A stretch of 64,000 nucleotides of DNA from Paramoeba atlantica (GCA_977017575.1 CDRNVI010000027.1:1-64000), one strand, 5' to 3'. Numbered from the stretch's first letter, positions 51,837-63,790 are shown. The notes: generated by a model from the letters alone, not told the origin. Made by a program: numbers and translations.

Positions 51837-52528
51837 CGCAAGCAATGGGCACGGTCGCGGAGCATGATGCTGGCCGACGGGGAGGGAACAAAGTTCCCAG
51901 CCCTTGTCCTACCTCACTTGGAGTACCTAGACCTGGCGGACTAGGCGTGAGCGTAGACCCTGTCGGCATCGACCGGCATCCGGACCGGCAGTTTGTGTGC
52001 CCACGACCTATGTCACTACCATAGGTTCCGTGGGTTTTTTTTTATACTACTGTGAGATCAATCAATTTTATTTGATTAGTCAAATGGGCATGTGTATGAT
52101 TGTTCCTAATGCATTGTAATTTTCAATAGGGAAAAATTTTAATGAAATTATATTTAATTTAATTTGAGGAATTCGCAAAGCATATTTTCAATCAGGAGAA
52201 GGTTGAAGAGAGGCGGTACGAGAAGGAAAAGTGGATGATAAAAGTGGACTTATAATCATTGCACGTTTCGGACCGGGTCTTTCGAGAAAAAAACCTGATC
52301 CTACCTACCTCACGTTGGGGAACCTCACTCGAAAGAGCAAGACGTGAGAGTAAGCACTGTCGGCACGATCAACTACCGTAACGACCACATTTCGGAGGCA
52401 CAGGTCGTAAAGTAAAAGGCATAAGATGGGAGTGCTGTCGGAGAGTCGAGAAAACCGACTACATTCAGAGTCTGAGGCCTCCTAGCCACTTTTCGCCCTT
52501 GATGTGATTTCGCAGCTGCGACACGATT

Positions 52529-54793
52529 GTGTATGCTGCGAACTTTTCGTTTTCCAAATGGACAGAGCAAGACACCGATCATCTTCCCATTCCGACCTGC
52601 CGAGCCATATCGGCAGAATTTGCGCCGAGGGTGGTTGCAGTGTATCGTGAAATAATCAGAATGTATCAACAAAGCGATTATCTTGAAAGAAACAGAATCT
52701 GGCATCGTGCATTGTCGGCTATGAAATTCTCTTTGGCTGAGACGCGAAAGAGCTACGTCAGAAAACGGCGCCGCAAACCTATAATTACCGGACATGAGGC
52801 AATAGAAGACGAACAGTTAGCGGGCGACTTACGTGCTATAAAACGAGCCACTCGATTAGCCCTTGAGGGAAGCGTGACGAAGGCCGCCAAGATAATGGGC
52901 CAAAGCTTTAAGCGGAGCAAATTGACTGACAAAGAGACACTAGAAAAACTTTTAGCTTTACATCCCCAGCATCCTTGCGCTTTCCCACTGCCAACTGATG
53001 CCCCTGTCATTGCAGGGATAAATGCCGAAGAGCTTAGAAGCGCCGGACGACGATTGGCGAGAGGAGCTAACCCAGGCCCGACTGGTACCACAGACATAGT
53101 AGTACGATTGCTACTAGATGACGAGATCTGCTGCAACAGTCTTGTCATCATGGTGGAAGACCTTGTCAACGGTTTCTTGAATGATGGAGTTATGAATCGA
53201 CTAAATCGATCACGCCTCGTCGCAATTAGCAAATCAGAAACAGAAGTCAGACCGGTAGCAATGGGTGAAGTGATCACAAAGCTTGCAGGAATAACTCTCC
53301 TACAGCGGTACGAAAACACGCTAGCGCCATTATTTGAACCCATACAGCATGGGGTACTCTCCCGTGCTGGGTGCGAAAAGATTGTACACACACTGCATAA
53401 CAAGTACGAAAAAGGACAGTGCATTCTTTCGCTCGATCTCAAGAACGCCTTTAACACCCCATCCAGAATTGACATCGCAAAAGCCGTGTTTGCTTTTTCA
53501 GCGATGAGACCTTTCCAACGCCTCTTTCATGCTGAGTACTCCAGGGAATCTGAACTGTTGTATTACGGAACAGATGGGCAGCTTGCGGGAGTAGTACCGA
53601 GCACAGCTGGAGTGCGACAGGGCTCACCGTTGGCTACCCTTTACTTCTGTACTCTTATGCAACCAATCTTGGAGACAATGTCAATGGAATTCCCGGAAGT
53701 CAAAATTTTCGCGTACATTGACGATGTGAATCTGTGCTCTTCCAATAAAGCCCAACTCGAATCAGCATTTTTCCGTTTCAAAGAATTGATCGAGGATAAA
53801 AAGTTGGTTCTTTCCTCATCCAAATGTGTCTGGTTCGGGGGGGCATCTGGGGCACAGATACCTATAAAACTGGAACAGTGCGGAGTGAAGACAGAAGAAA
53901 AAGCGATCAAGATTCTTAGAGCGTACATAGGTAACAATGCAACCATCAAAGAGAAGCTGATGCAGAAGCTTGAGAAACATAACGAAATTTTTAGACGCCT
54001 CAAGATAATGGGTCCGAACAATATTTCACTCCGACTTCTCTCCAAATCAGTGAACGTCCGACACTCTTACTTCATGCGCGTGCACGCCCCGGACAATACT
54101 CAAGATTCGGCACTTCAGTTCGATAAAGAGGTAGGAGATGTATTGAAACATTGGTTGGGACCATTGGACCAAGAGCAAATGGAGCTAGCACGACTCCCCG
54201 TTAGCGAAGGCGGGTTGGGTCTTACTGCATGTAATTCGATACGACGCGCAGCTTACGCAGCATCTCGACAAACGATTTTCGAGCGCCATAATTCTTTTTC
54301 AGCTCAGATTGTCAATCGAAATGCTGTGCGTGCGTCAGAAGAAATACGAAACAGCACAGACACCAATGAAGCGAGCGAACGATCCCAGAAGCTATCCCAC
54401 ATAGTAAGGTCCACAACCTTCAAAGGAAATTACGACTGGCTGCAGTCAACTGCAAAGTTGGTACCGTCACATCTTTTTAGGCTAGCGGTATTACCGAGAT
54501 TAGGAATGCCCCTCCAATCGTCAATGAAAGAAATTCGATGCCCCGGATGCCAAACTGAACTCAACCAACATTCGGTTCTGACCCATCTACCAGGATGCAC
54601 TCAATGCAAGGGAATAAATGCCTCATTCAAACATAACACCCTGGTTCACTACATACACAAGATGTGTCTAAATGCAGGAATTCCTTGCGAGAAAGAGCCT
54701 CGAAGATTCAGCTCAGTTCACTGCACTACATGCCGAGCACCCAGGGGTGTGAACTCTTATGTTATAATTTTGCCGTACGTTGACACTTTTTGA
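52529..54793 (+). CDS. CRE-like RT protein C, truncated before the PD endonuclease motif
   Basis: RPVAMGE, DLKNAFN, GVRQGSPL, AYIDD, CPGC…HLPGC, HN…EKEP; homology ends after CTTC. Confidence 0.9.
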   Translation: MYAANFSFSKWTEQDTDHLPIPTCRAISAEFAPRVVAVYREIIRMYQQSDYLERNRIWHRALSAMKFSLAETRKSYVRKRRRKPIITGHEAIEDEQLAGDLRAIKRATRLALEGSVTKAAKIMGQSFKRSKLTDKETLEKLLALHPQHPCAFPLPTDAPVIAGINAEELRSAGRRLARGANPGPTGTTDIVVRLLLDDEICCNSLVIMVEDLVNGFLNDGVMNRLNRSRLVAISKSETEVRPVAMGEVITKLAGITLLQRYENTLAPLFEPIQHGVLSRAGCEKIVHTLHNKYEKGQCILSLDLKNAFNTPSRIDIAKAVFAFSAMRPFQRLFHAEYSRESELLYYGTDGQLAGVVPSTAGVRQGSPLATLYFCTLMQPILETMSMEFPEVKIFAYIDDVNLCSSNKAQLESAFFRFKELIEDKKLVLSSSKCVWFGGASGAQIPIKLEQCGVKTEEKAIKILRAYIGNNATIKEKLMQKLEKHNEIFRRLKIMGPNNISLRLLSKSVNVRHSYFMRVHAPDNTQDSALQFDKEVGDVLKHWLGPLDQEQMELARLPVSEGGLGLTACNSIRRAAYAASRQTIFERHNSFSAQIVNRNAVRASEEIRNSTDTNEASERSQKLSHIVRSTTFKGNYDWLQSTAKLVPSHLFRLAVLPRLGMPLQSSMKEIRCPGCQTELNQHSVLTHLPGCTQCKGINASFKHNTLVHYIHKMCLNAGIPCEKEPRRFSSVHCTTCRAPRGVNSYVIILPYVDTF

Positions 54794-55094
54794 TAGCAAC
54801 TTTAGTGAGATATTGTTAGCCTCCCAGAGAGATATACATCCCTCCCTATCGCGAACGGGTGTCCGTTATGAGTAAAGCAGGATAACAATTTTTATTAAGA
54901 TAACAATTTTTATTAAGATAACTTTTTTTTTGAAACAAGCAACGGAATGAATTCAATGAATGAGGAAGAGGGGGAATATAGGGTGTCAAAGGAGGAGATA
55001 GGAAAGAAGGAGCATCGAATTATGATTTAAGCATTCTAGAAATGCGTTTCGCTTGTGACATGGGTTCGCTTCTCATAAATAAATAAATTTCTTT

Positions 55095-55990
55095 TTTAGG
55101 CTCTTCGTTAAACGCGGTGGTTGCTTTCAACTTAGAAGTCACTCATGCTGCGCGCTTCGCGTTGAAAACTACCGCCGCGTTTAACGAAGAGCCTAAAAAA
55201 GAAAATTTAGCCTGGAAAACGGAAAGATTATAGCCAAAAATAGCCGAATTTCGGGTACAAATGGGGTCATTTTCGCATATTTTTGCTGTCAGAGCACTAA
55301 ATCCGACATTTGCGCGTGGGAAATCACTCGTAGGCATGAATAAAAGCCTACTGAACGTATTGGGTAGAGAATACGACTCCAACCATACCATTCTTTCGAC
55401 ACAAAAATGCCCCTTTAGGTCCGAAAAATACTTTTTCACCTTTTCTAGTCAAAAATGGGTCATTTTGAGGGGCGCACCACGGTTCGAAGAAGGGATACCT
55501 TGCGAAAACAACTGCGTAGAAAGCTAGTGTAGGTCCCAAACTATCAAAATACAATAGGGGAAACGATTTTGGAAAAATATTTTTTTTGTCATTTTTTTCG
55601 CCAAGTTGAAATTTTTTTCAAAAAATTTTTTCCGAAAAAATCCGAACTTGGCGGACCCGTCCTGCGGATACGCGGGGGGGTCACCCCCGGGTAGGGGGGT
55701 GGAAAATGCGCGCCAAGACCCCGGCTACCCTTTCTGCGGTTTTTTTTCGAAAACTAATTTTTTCGAAAAAATTTGCTCGACCATGCCCCCCCCCCTGGAC
55801 CCCCCCCCTGGACCCCCCCCTGGACCCCCCCCATGGACCCCCCATTTTTTTCAAATTTTTTTTTCAGTTTTGGACCACCGGAGCCCCCTTTTATATTTTT
55901 TTCTTCTATTATATTACTGTGTTCCCCTTTATATTTTCACTGTTTTTGTTCACTTTTTTTTCAATAATCGAGTGTAGAGCGGTAGTTTTA
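55095..55990 (-). repeat. Inverted diverged copy of the 20955-21775 element
   Basis: Collinear reverse-complement similarity, including the terminal hairpin. Confidence 0.85.
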
Positions 55991-56047
55991 CAACCACCGC
56001 AATGAATAAATAAATAAATATTCCAGATAGACGTGTCCGCTGACTTC

Positions 56048-58699
56048 TTACAACCGAAGTCCTCCCATCCATTTCTCTGTCGGGATGTAGTCTCTGAGTT
56101 GAGATACTATCGTGTAAGCTGACATCTTCTCAATCTCGAGTTGGAACGCATTGCGCACGTTATCATAGTTCAGCTTCGCTCTTTGTGAGAGAGCCTTTAA
56201 TAGGGCCTTTGTATCAACATGTAGCAGGCCGCAATCTGTTGCGGCCAGACATTTGAATGAATCGCTGTCGACGCCTTTCTCAACCACATATTTCTTGTAC
56301 TTTCTGTCGGCGACCTGTTGCATGAGGGCAGAGCTGGTTTGTTTCGCATAGCTAGTACAGCACGTGTGGACCACTGTAAAATCATAGAGCACCTCACCGA
56401 TGTGAGGCCACATGATGGCAAGATCTGGGCCGGAACGAATGCGGCGGGCTTTGCAAGGATGTTGCTTGGCGACTTCTGCGGAAATCGTGCACTTACATTT
56501 TGTGCAGTGGTACGAAGAGTAAATGCGCGGTTCGATGACACTAGGAAGGCCTGCTTTTGAGCATAACTCTGCGAGGTAACGGACTATGTGTGAATGCTTG
56601 CGGGTAGAGTTCATGCCGGAGCAACGGGAACATCCAGCAACGTGGGGAAGGATGGTTGAAGGAGATTCTTGATTCGAACATCCAGGGAAAATCATTTTGG
56701 CCGGTGCTTTTGACACGCCGATTCCCAAGCGCATCATGAGCGTGTATCTAAAAAGATACGGGTTAACGTAGTTACTTGTATGTTCGAGGTGAAAATTAGC
56801 TTCCTTGGTGCGCTTCAAGATATTTGTTAAGGTTGAGTCTTTTTGCACTTCAATTAATTGCTTGTCATGCGCTTGGCTCAAGTTCTTTTTAAGAAATTTG
56901 CGGGCCTTTTCCGCGCGGCTCTGAGATTTAGCTTTGACCTTGCCGCTGCCCTCTGAATCTACCGGAGCGTTATTGGGTTCAAATTGCTCTTCAATAGATT
57001 CTCGGGCCGCTGCGAAGTAATATTGTTGTTTCAGAGTGCAAGAAATCAAGCCTAAACCTCCTAGTTTTTGCGGGAGCGCTGCAAGCTTGAGTGCCTGGAC
57101 ATCGGCGCCACACCATTTCTGCAGGACCTCGTGTATGTGCTGCTCGAAAGATTGGGCTAGGTAAAGAGTAGCCTCCGGGCGGTGAACTCTTAAATGGTAG
57201 TCTTGGCGTGGAATTGTACAACGGCGCAAAATCGCCAGAGAGAGGTTACTCGGGCCCATGAGAAGAAGGCGACGAAATAGGCATTTGTGCTTGTTCAATT
57301 TGCGCAGGAGAAGATCTTCTACCACATTGTCTTTGCCGATATAGGCTCCTAGGATCTTTATCGACTCGGTGCAAAGATTAACGCCTAAGTTTTCTAATGA
57401 AAAGGGTTCGCATGACGCACATTTCTGAAAGAATTCACATTTTTGAAAGTTAACGCATAGATTGAGCTCGGCTGTGGTTTCGCGTAAGTGCAGGAACGCC
57501 GCTTCGAGTGATCGCACGTTGGTGGAACTGAGAGTCACGTCGTCTTGGTAGGCTCTTATTTTGACGTCAGGGTATAGGCTTAGGACTTCTCGAAGAGGAC
57601 CTTGTAAGAGTGCACAGAAGTACGTGGAGGATAGGGATGATCCCTGGCGAATTCCTGAAGAGCTTTCTATGGTTGCAAAAAGGGCATTGTGGGCGAAAAA
57701 CAGTAGTTCAGATGGCAGGCCGTATTCCAGATAAAACATGCGCATGAAAGGTTTAAACACGGGATTATCTAGTAGTGCCTGGGTTATAGCGTCACGACGT
57801 GGAGTGTTATACGCATTGCTGAAGTCAACCGTAATCAATGCGTGTCCATTCTCGTATTCACTTAGTAGTTCGTGCACTATTGATTCACACGCGTTCTTGT
57901 GGAGTACACCTCGTTGGATGGGCGCAAAGTACTTTCGCAGTGCGGCTTCATGTCGCTGAAGTAAAATAGACCCGCAGATTTTGAGGATCGTGTCCCCCAT
58001 GGCTACCGGGCGTATACCATTTCGTGGCTTCGTAAGAGCAATAATTCGGCATCGAGTAAGACGCTTCCGCACGCTTGACGGTATTTCACCATTGATAACA
58101 TCTCGAACCATGTGACACAATGACAGGCACGTTTCTTCATCGTCAACTAGCAAACGCATCATACTTTCGCTAAGTCCGCTTGGTCCTGGAGAGGCCCCTC
58201 GCGCAAGTTTTTCGACCGCAAGACGGACTTCCGATTTCTCTACAATGCCGATTCGTGAAAAGTCAGCTTCCGGGATTTGTATGTTAGGTCCTTCCGGATG
58301 CAATGTGCGAAGTTTTTGTACCTTTTCATCTGCTGTGAGAGCGGACTCCTTGTAGACGTTGTCCAGAATTCGAGTAGCTTTCCCTACGTTTCCGGCGCTG
58401 GCGGTCACTGAAGCATTTCTAATCGAGCGACGGTCGATTCCTAGTTCCTCTCTCTGTTGGGCGCTCAGATTTTCGCCCTCTGATTGGTCCGTACGCTTGA
58501 TTATATGTCCTATGCGTTGATTTTGCCGTGAGAGTTGGCGAATGGTTGCGAGCGAGTCCCTTGGGGCGTTCAGGAATTTGTGCCAAACTGCAGTTTTCTC
58601 GGAAACAAGTTCTACAGCTGGATACCCACGAAGTATTGCACGAAAGATTGCGACTACATGGACTGAAAATGATGAATCAATGGGCGTCATCGGGGGCAA
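56048..58699 (-). CDS. CRE-like RT-RLE protein D (883 aa), open through RT and endonuclease; (TATT)n tail near 56005-56020
   Basis: RPVAMGD, DFSNAYN, GIRQGSSL, AYQDD, HVAGC…KHS…IEPR…SGPD…YDFTVVH. Confidence 0.93.
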   Translation of the reverse strand: MPPMTPIDSSFSVHVVAIFRAILRGYPAVELVSEKTAVWHKFLNAPRDSLATIRQLSRQNQRIGHIIKRTDQSEGENLSAQQREELGIDRRSIRNASVTASAGNVGKATRILDNVYKESALTADEKVQKLRTLHPEGPNIQIPEADFSRIGIVEKSEVRLAVEKLARGASPGPSGLSESMMRLLVDDEETCLSLCHMVRDVINGEIPSSVRKRLTRCRIIALTKPRNGIRPVAMGDTILKICGSILLQRHEAALRKYFAPIQRGVLHKNACESIVHELLSEYENGHALITVDFSNAYNTPRRDAITQALLDNPVFKPFMRMFYLEYGLPSELLFFAHNALFATIESSSGIRQGSSLSSTYFCALLQGPLREVLSLYPDVKIRAYQDDVTLSSTNVRSLEAAFLHLRETTAELNLCVNFQKCEFFQKCASCEPFSLENLGVNLCTESIKILGAYIGKDNVVEDLLLRKLNKHKCLFRRLLLMGPSNLSLAILRRCTIPRQDYHLRVHRPEATLYLAQSFEQHIHEVLQKWCGADVQALKLAALPQKLGGLGLISCTLKQQYYFAAARESIEEQFEPNNAPVDSEGSGKVKAKSQSRAEKARKFLKKNLSQAHDKQLIEVQKDSTLTNILKRTKEANFHLEHTSNYVNPYLFRYTLMMRLGIGVSKAPAKMIFPGCSNQESPSTILPHVAGCSRCSGMNSTRKHSHIVRYLAELCSKAGLPSVIEPRIYSSYHCTKCKCTISAEVAKQHPCKARRIRSGPDLAIMWPHIGEVLYDFTVVHTCCTSYAKQTSSALMQQVADRKYKKYVVEKGVDSDSFKCLAATDCGLLHVDTKALLKALSQRAKLNYDNVRNAFQLEIEKMSAYTIVSQLRDYIPTEKWMGGLRL

Positions 58700-58966
58700 T
58701 GGCTCGAGATCTCCTTGACCATCTTCATTCGATACGTTCTCAGCTTGTTCTTCTAAGTTCCGCGTGATGGCTTCGATTTTAATCAGCTTCGTGGCTCGTA
58801 TGGAAAGCCACGAAGGTGGCTCGTATGGAAAGAATCATCAGGAAAGCCACGAACTGGTCCGCGCATCGCCGGCGGACACGTTCTTTGATTGTGAATCGAC
58901 TCCGTCCGGAGAGGACATATCAACATTTTTCCGACTGGTAGTCAGGCTAGTCTGGCTACAACGACG

Positions 58967-61900
58967 ATGTCCCCTGGGAACTCGAGCACGGGAGTATCAG
59001 TCACGACGATTGCAAACCGTGATAACGACGAAGTAGAAACGCACGGCATATCAGCAAATCGTGATAACGACAAAGTGGAAACGCACGGCATATCTTGTAA
59101 CAGACCCAGCGAAGTAACTTTCGTTGGATCCAATGAGGCCAATGCGCATTCCGAGGCGCTAAACTTGCTCCAATCCACCACACCGATATCACAGTTCCCT
59201 CTACCTCCTGGACTAATATGGAGTAAGTCGCGCATGATCAAAGCGGGGACCTTGTGTACTGTCGCTTGGACTTTCGCAAGGCAAGTGACATTAAACATTT
59301 CGCTCGGAAAAGTAACACGCGTGAACAATCGAAATTCGGAAAACAATGGAAAGATATTCGTAAAATATCAAGGCATTCACGGACACAAGGCTGGAGATGA
59401 GTTCAACGTATTTTTGCCTCCACAACCGGAAGTTCGCATTTACAAAGTCCTATGGCATTGATCGCCACCACCGATCGACGACATAGAGCCACATCCTTCA
59501 GAAGATGTTGATTACCGATGCAGCATTGGGGTGGCCTCACCGGACTCAGAAGCTGACGTGGACCACCTACCTATCCCAACAGCTCGTATCTTCAGCGCAA
59601 AGTTCATCCCATCTGTTGTGGCCATATATCGCGACATAATCTGTACGTACAGCAGCAGTGATCATAACCATAATAGAACTTGGAACTATCATAATAGAAC
59701 TTGGAACCGCGTACTTTCTGCCATGAAGCTTTCCCTGGCAACAGTTCATAAAGCCAACATGAAACAATGCAAGCGCCGACCATTTCACTTGAAAAGCGAA
59801 CAACAGGAAACGACGGGAGACACAAGAGCTGTAAAACGAGCTCAGCGCTTAGTTCTAGAAGGGAATGCCACCAAAGCTGCGAAAGTTTTGGATCAATCCT
59901 TTCTACCAAGCACGCTCCGTGACGAGGAAACGCTGGAAAAGCTCAAAAAACTACACCCGGATTTCCCAACTGACATGACTCTGCCAAAGGATGCACCGAT
60001 CATTGCCGGAATCACGCCCGACGAATTGAGAAGTGCTGCAAGACGATTGGCGAAAGGTGCGAGCCCAGGGCCAACAGGAACAACTGACGCCATCGTGCGA
60101 CTGCTAGTGGATGATGAGATATGCGGCACAAATCTATGTCACATGATGGGTGATTTACTGAACGGTTTCTTATCGACAGAAGTTATGCGGCGATTAAACC
60201 GTGCGCGACTGGTTGCGATCCCGAAAGCGAATGGTAGCGTGCGACCAGTTGCTATGGGCGAGGTCCTAACCAAGTTGGCTGGTATGATTCTACTTCAGCG
60301 ATATGAAAACACTCTTGAGCCATTATTCTCCCCAATTCAACAGGGTGTGATGTCAAAAGCAAGGTGCGAACGCGTAGTTCATAAGTTAAGCAGGCTTCAT
60401 CTTGAGGGCCATTCTATTTTGTCGGTGGATATTAAAAACGCATTCAATTCACCGGACAGAAGGGACATTGCTCGTCACGTGTTTGCTTTTGCTACACTCC
60501 GTCCTTTTCAGCGGTTTTTCTTTTTTGAATATTCCCAAGCTTCGGAGCTGTTGTACTTTGGATCTGAAGGTAGGTTCGTTGAGGCGATACCCAGCACTGC
60601 GGGGTTAAGACAAGGATCTCCTTTGGCTACTCTCTACTTTTGCGCCTACCTACAACCCATACTCGAAAGAATAGCGCATGAGTTTCCAGAGGTCACGGTC
60701 AACGCATTCATTGATGATATTACCCTCGCTTCTAAAAATCCAGAAATGCTTGCAAACGCATTTACAAGCCTGAGAGAACTATTGACGGAGAAACGTTTAG
60801 AATTATCAACCGAGAAATGCGTCTGGTTCGGTGGAATCTACAAGAAGACCATTCCGCAGACACTTAGAAAGGAAGGAGTGCAAACAGAAGATGACGCAAC
60901 TAAGATTTTAGGAGCCTTCATAGGGGATACTGACAACGTAGACAAATGCCTAGTTCATACACTCGAAGGGCATGACAATATTTTTCGTCGTCTAAAAACA
61001 ATGGGAATGTCCAATGTTTCGCTCAGCTTACTAACAAAATGCGTCAACGTGCGACAGCAATATCAAATGAGAGTACATCACCCTGACGCCACCGAGCGCG
61101 TATCTGAGAGATTTGATAAGAACGTTGAGGCAGTGTTGGAATCGTGGTTGGGCAAGCTTCGGACACAACAAATTGAGCTTGCTAGATTACCCCTTAAGAA
61201 AGGTGGTTTGGGGCTCACCGCGTGCAAACCCACGCGGGAAGCTGCTTACAAATCGTCTCGATATGCGGTCTTTGGGCGCCAAAAGCCTTCTACAGCTCAA
61301 AGTGGCATATCAGGGCAAATGCAAGTCAGCAACGAGCAACAAATTCCACCGGAAGACGAGATCACGACAGCTGCAAAACTACACGAAAAAGCTTGGCAAA
61401 AACTAAATCAGGGTCCTCACATGAATTCGATTCTTAAAAACACGTCCAGGAAAGGTAGTTACGACTGGATTACAGCTGCGACACGATACGTATCACCACA
61501 TGTCTTCTCTTTATCCGTAATGCCTCGGCTTGGAATCTCACATCCGAAAATCCCACAGAATTTATTGTGTCCCGGGTGCCGGAAAATACTGGACGGACGA
61601 AGCGCCCTGATACATATCCCAGGCTGTGTGCAATGCCCAGGCTTTAACGCGACATCGAAACATAACGCCCTCGTAAAGTATATCTATGATCTATGCATCA
61701 AAACGGGGATCCCCTGTGAAAGAGAGCCACGACATTTCAGCACATGGACATGCCTCACATGCAAACGAACCGTTGACCAAGATAATCATCAATTGCACCA
61801 TAAAACATGCAGTGGCAAAAATTATCACCGCTCAGGACCAGATATCGTCATATACTGGAATACGGGAGCTGTTTTCTACGACTTAACCGTGATTCACGAA

Positions 61901-62215
61901 TTGGCAGCCACACACGCGAAGAGCCATCCAGGACAACTGATGAAAGAAGCGACTGAACGTAAAATAGAAACGTATGTCCGATCAGGTATGATATCCGAAG
62001 AGTCGTTTCTTTGCCTACCGGTGCTCTCCTCTGGGTCACTCCACGCGAACACGTTAAACCTGATTCACGAACTTGCAGATGCGTCGCTTACGGACAGGAA
62101 CAATGCCATCTTATCATTTAAACTATTGCTACAAGAGCTAAATGAGTCACAAATTTATGCTCAACTGCGAAAGTTCTTAGCAGTAGATACGGAAGCGTCT
62201 CAAAAGGCAATTTAA
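58967..62215 (+). CDS. CRE-like element E: Tudor-like N-terminus plus RT-RLE in one frame, broken by a single TGA at 59459-59461; (TTG)n tail about 62412-62431
   Basis: ORFs 58967-59461 and 59531-62215 share a frame; AFIDD, CPGC…HIPGC, SGPD…YDLTVIHEL. Confidence 0.92.
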
Positions 62216-62557
62216 TACTATGAACATACGATGAGATATTTCTTATATCAATACTACACAGATTTAGATATAGAGCTTACAAAGACGCGTAAACTCTTAG
62301 TTTTTTTACCTCCCCATCATAATGGGGGGTAGCGCCAGAACAGAAAACTTTTTAATCTAAGGTGTGAAGATGTTCAAGGGAAAATATTAACCCCTTAACT
62401 GATTATATCAGTGTTGTTGTTGTTGTTGTTGAACTATGTTTGTGCAAAAAAAAAGACAACGGGAAGAGGCTAACACGGCTGGGTACAAGTTCGCGGCAAT
62501 GGTAGTAAAAAAAAAATATCAAGAAACTATCATAATACCGAATATTGAATTTCAATA

Positions 62558-63481
62558 TTATAATTCAAAAAAAAAAAGAAAAAAAAATATGGAACAGATT
62601 CTGATTTTGCTTGTCTGCGGAAGGTAAAGGAATCCACTTGAACCTTCGCTGCCTTGGGCTGGTGCATATGAAATCTTGATTTTTATTAGTCCTTTGCGAG
62701 ATGTTCTGCCTACGACGACTCCCTTCGATACGTAGTTTGTCGTTTCCTGACGGAATCCCCATTCGATTATGCAAGATGTGCCTTTACCCCACTTTGCTAC
62801 GACATTGTGCACATGATCCGGTGCTTTGGAAACGGCGCCCCGATTTGCAAGCTCTTCGATGGCCCCACAATCGCTGTAAAGGGACATCTCGTCACTTTAA
62901 TCTTCAGAGAGTTGCTCATCATTTTCGATATCGCGCTGGATCAGTCTTGAGTCTTGAGTCGTTTCGATATCCGACGTTTTTGTTTGTTGTGGGTCGCAGG
63001 CTGATTGGGCGTTTGAAGGCGTGAATCGAAAAGTTTTAGGCTTGATTTTAATGATATTGTCGGAATGCTCGCCGTGTTGTTCGCCATGGCCAGCCCAATC
63101 TTTTGGCAGTGCTACAGATCCTTCTTCGGAGTTCTGGTTTCCCTGGAGGTAATTGGCCTGGTCAGTCCCGTGGTCTGCCCAAATCTTTGAAAGAAGAGGT
63201 TCTCCTCCGACGATTCTGATGCGTGGCGTTTTCTTCGGTTTGGTCGGTGGGGGGGTAGATGCTTTTATTCGAGGTATGCGCGTCTTTGTCGTGGTGGGGG
63301 GAATAGTCTCATCAAAAGTGTCACCCGAAACGTCATTGACTATGCACTTTTTCTCACTGTTCTCTTGGCCCCTCTTGTCTTGCATTCGTGATTTCACTTT
63401 TAGTCTACCTGTTTTCAGGCCCAAGCCTTTCGATGTCTGAGAGTCTGCTCGAGCAAGGCGTGCGTGGGCAAGGCGTGTCAT
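62558..63481 (-). pseudogene. CRE-like N-terminal fragment F (Tudor-like motif), preceded by an SL relic
   Basis: GTSCIIEW…SKGVV…ISY…LYLP; TTTCTGTACCTTGTT at 63505-63519. Confidence 0.6.
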
Positions 63482-63558
63482 AGCGATTAAATCAAAAAAA
63501 AAAAAACAAGGTACAGAAAGCACCCATCACCGAAGAAACAAGCTACAACCACTCGAAA

Positions 63559-63790
63559 GTGTGTGCTGGTAGACAGACTCATCGCAATGGGCCTGATTTG
63601 GTTATCCATTGGCAAAGCGGAGAAATCTACTACGATCTGACCGTCATTCATGAGCTAGCGCCGTCGCGAATTCAACAAAAATGTGGACGCCTCATTAATG
63701 AAGCCATTAAACGGAAGCAAGCAACGTACGTCGCATCCGGATTGATTCCCGCATTATCTTTTCAGTGTCGCCTTTCACCAGGTCTTTGTT
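63559..63790 (+). pseudogene. CRE-like RLE C-terminal fragment
   Basis: NGPDLVIHWQSGEIYYDLTVIHEL…TYVASG. Confidence 0.85.

Noticed and set aside
52753-54045. Long antisense ORFs opposite RT, SHMT and transposase genes (for example 52753-53475, 53641-54045, 35734-36144)
   Set aside because: Shadow frames of genuine coding sequence.
62322-62411. U2 snRNA-like fragment on the minus strand (possible Utopia/Keno target)
   Set aside because: Only scattered short matches (ATCTTC, CTGTTCT); no branch-point pairing region or Sm site; better read as the 3' UTR of element E.
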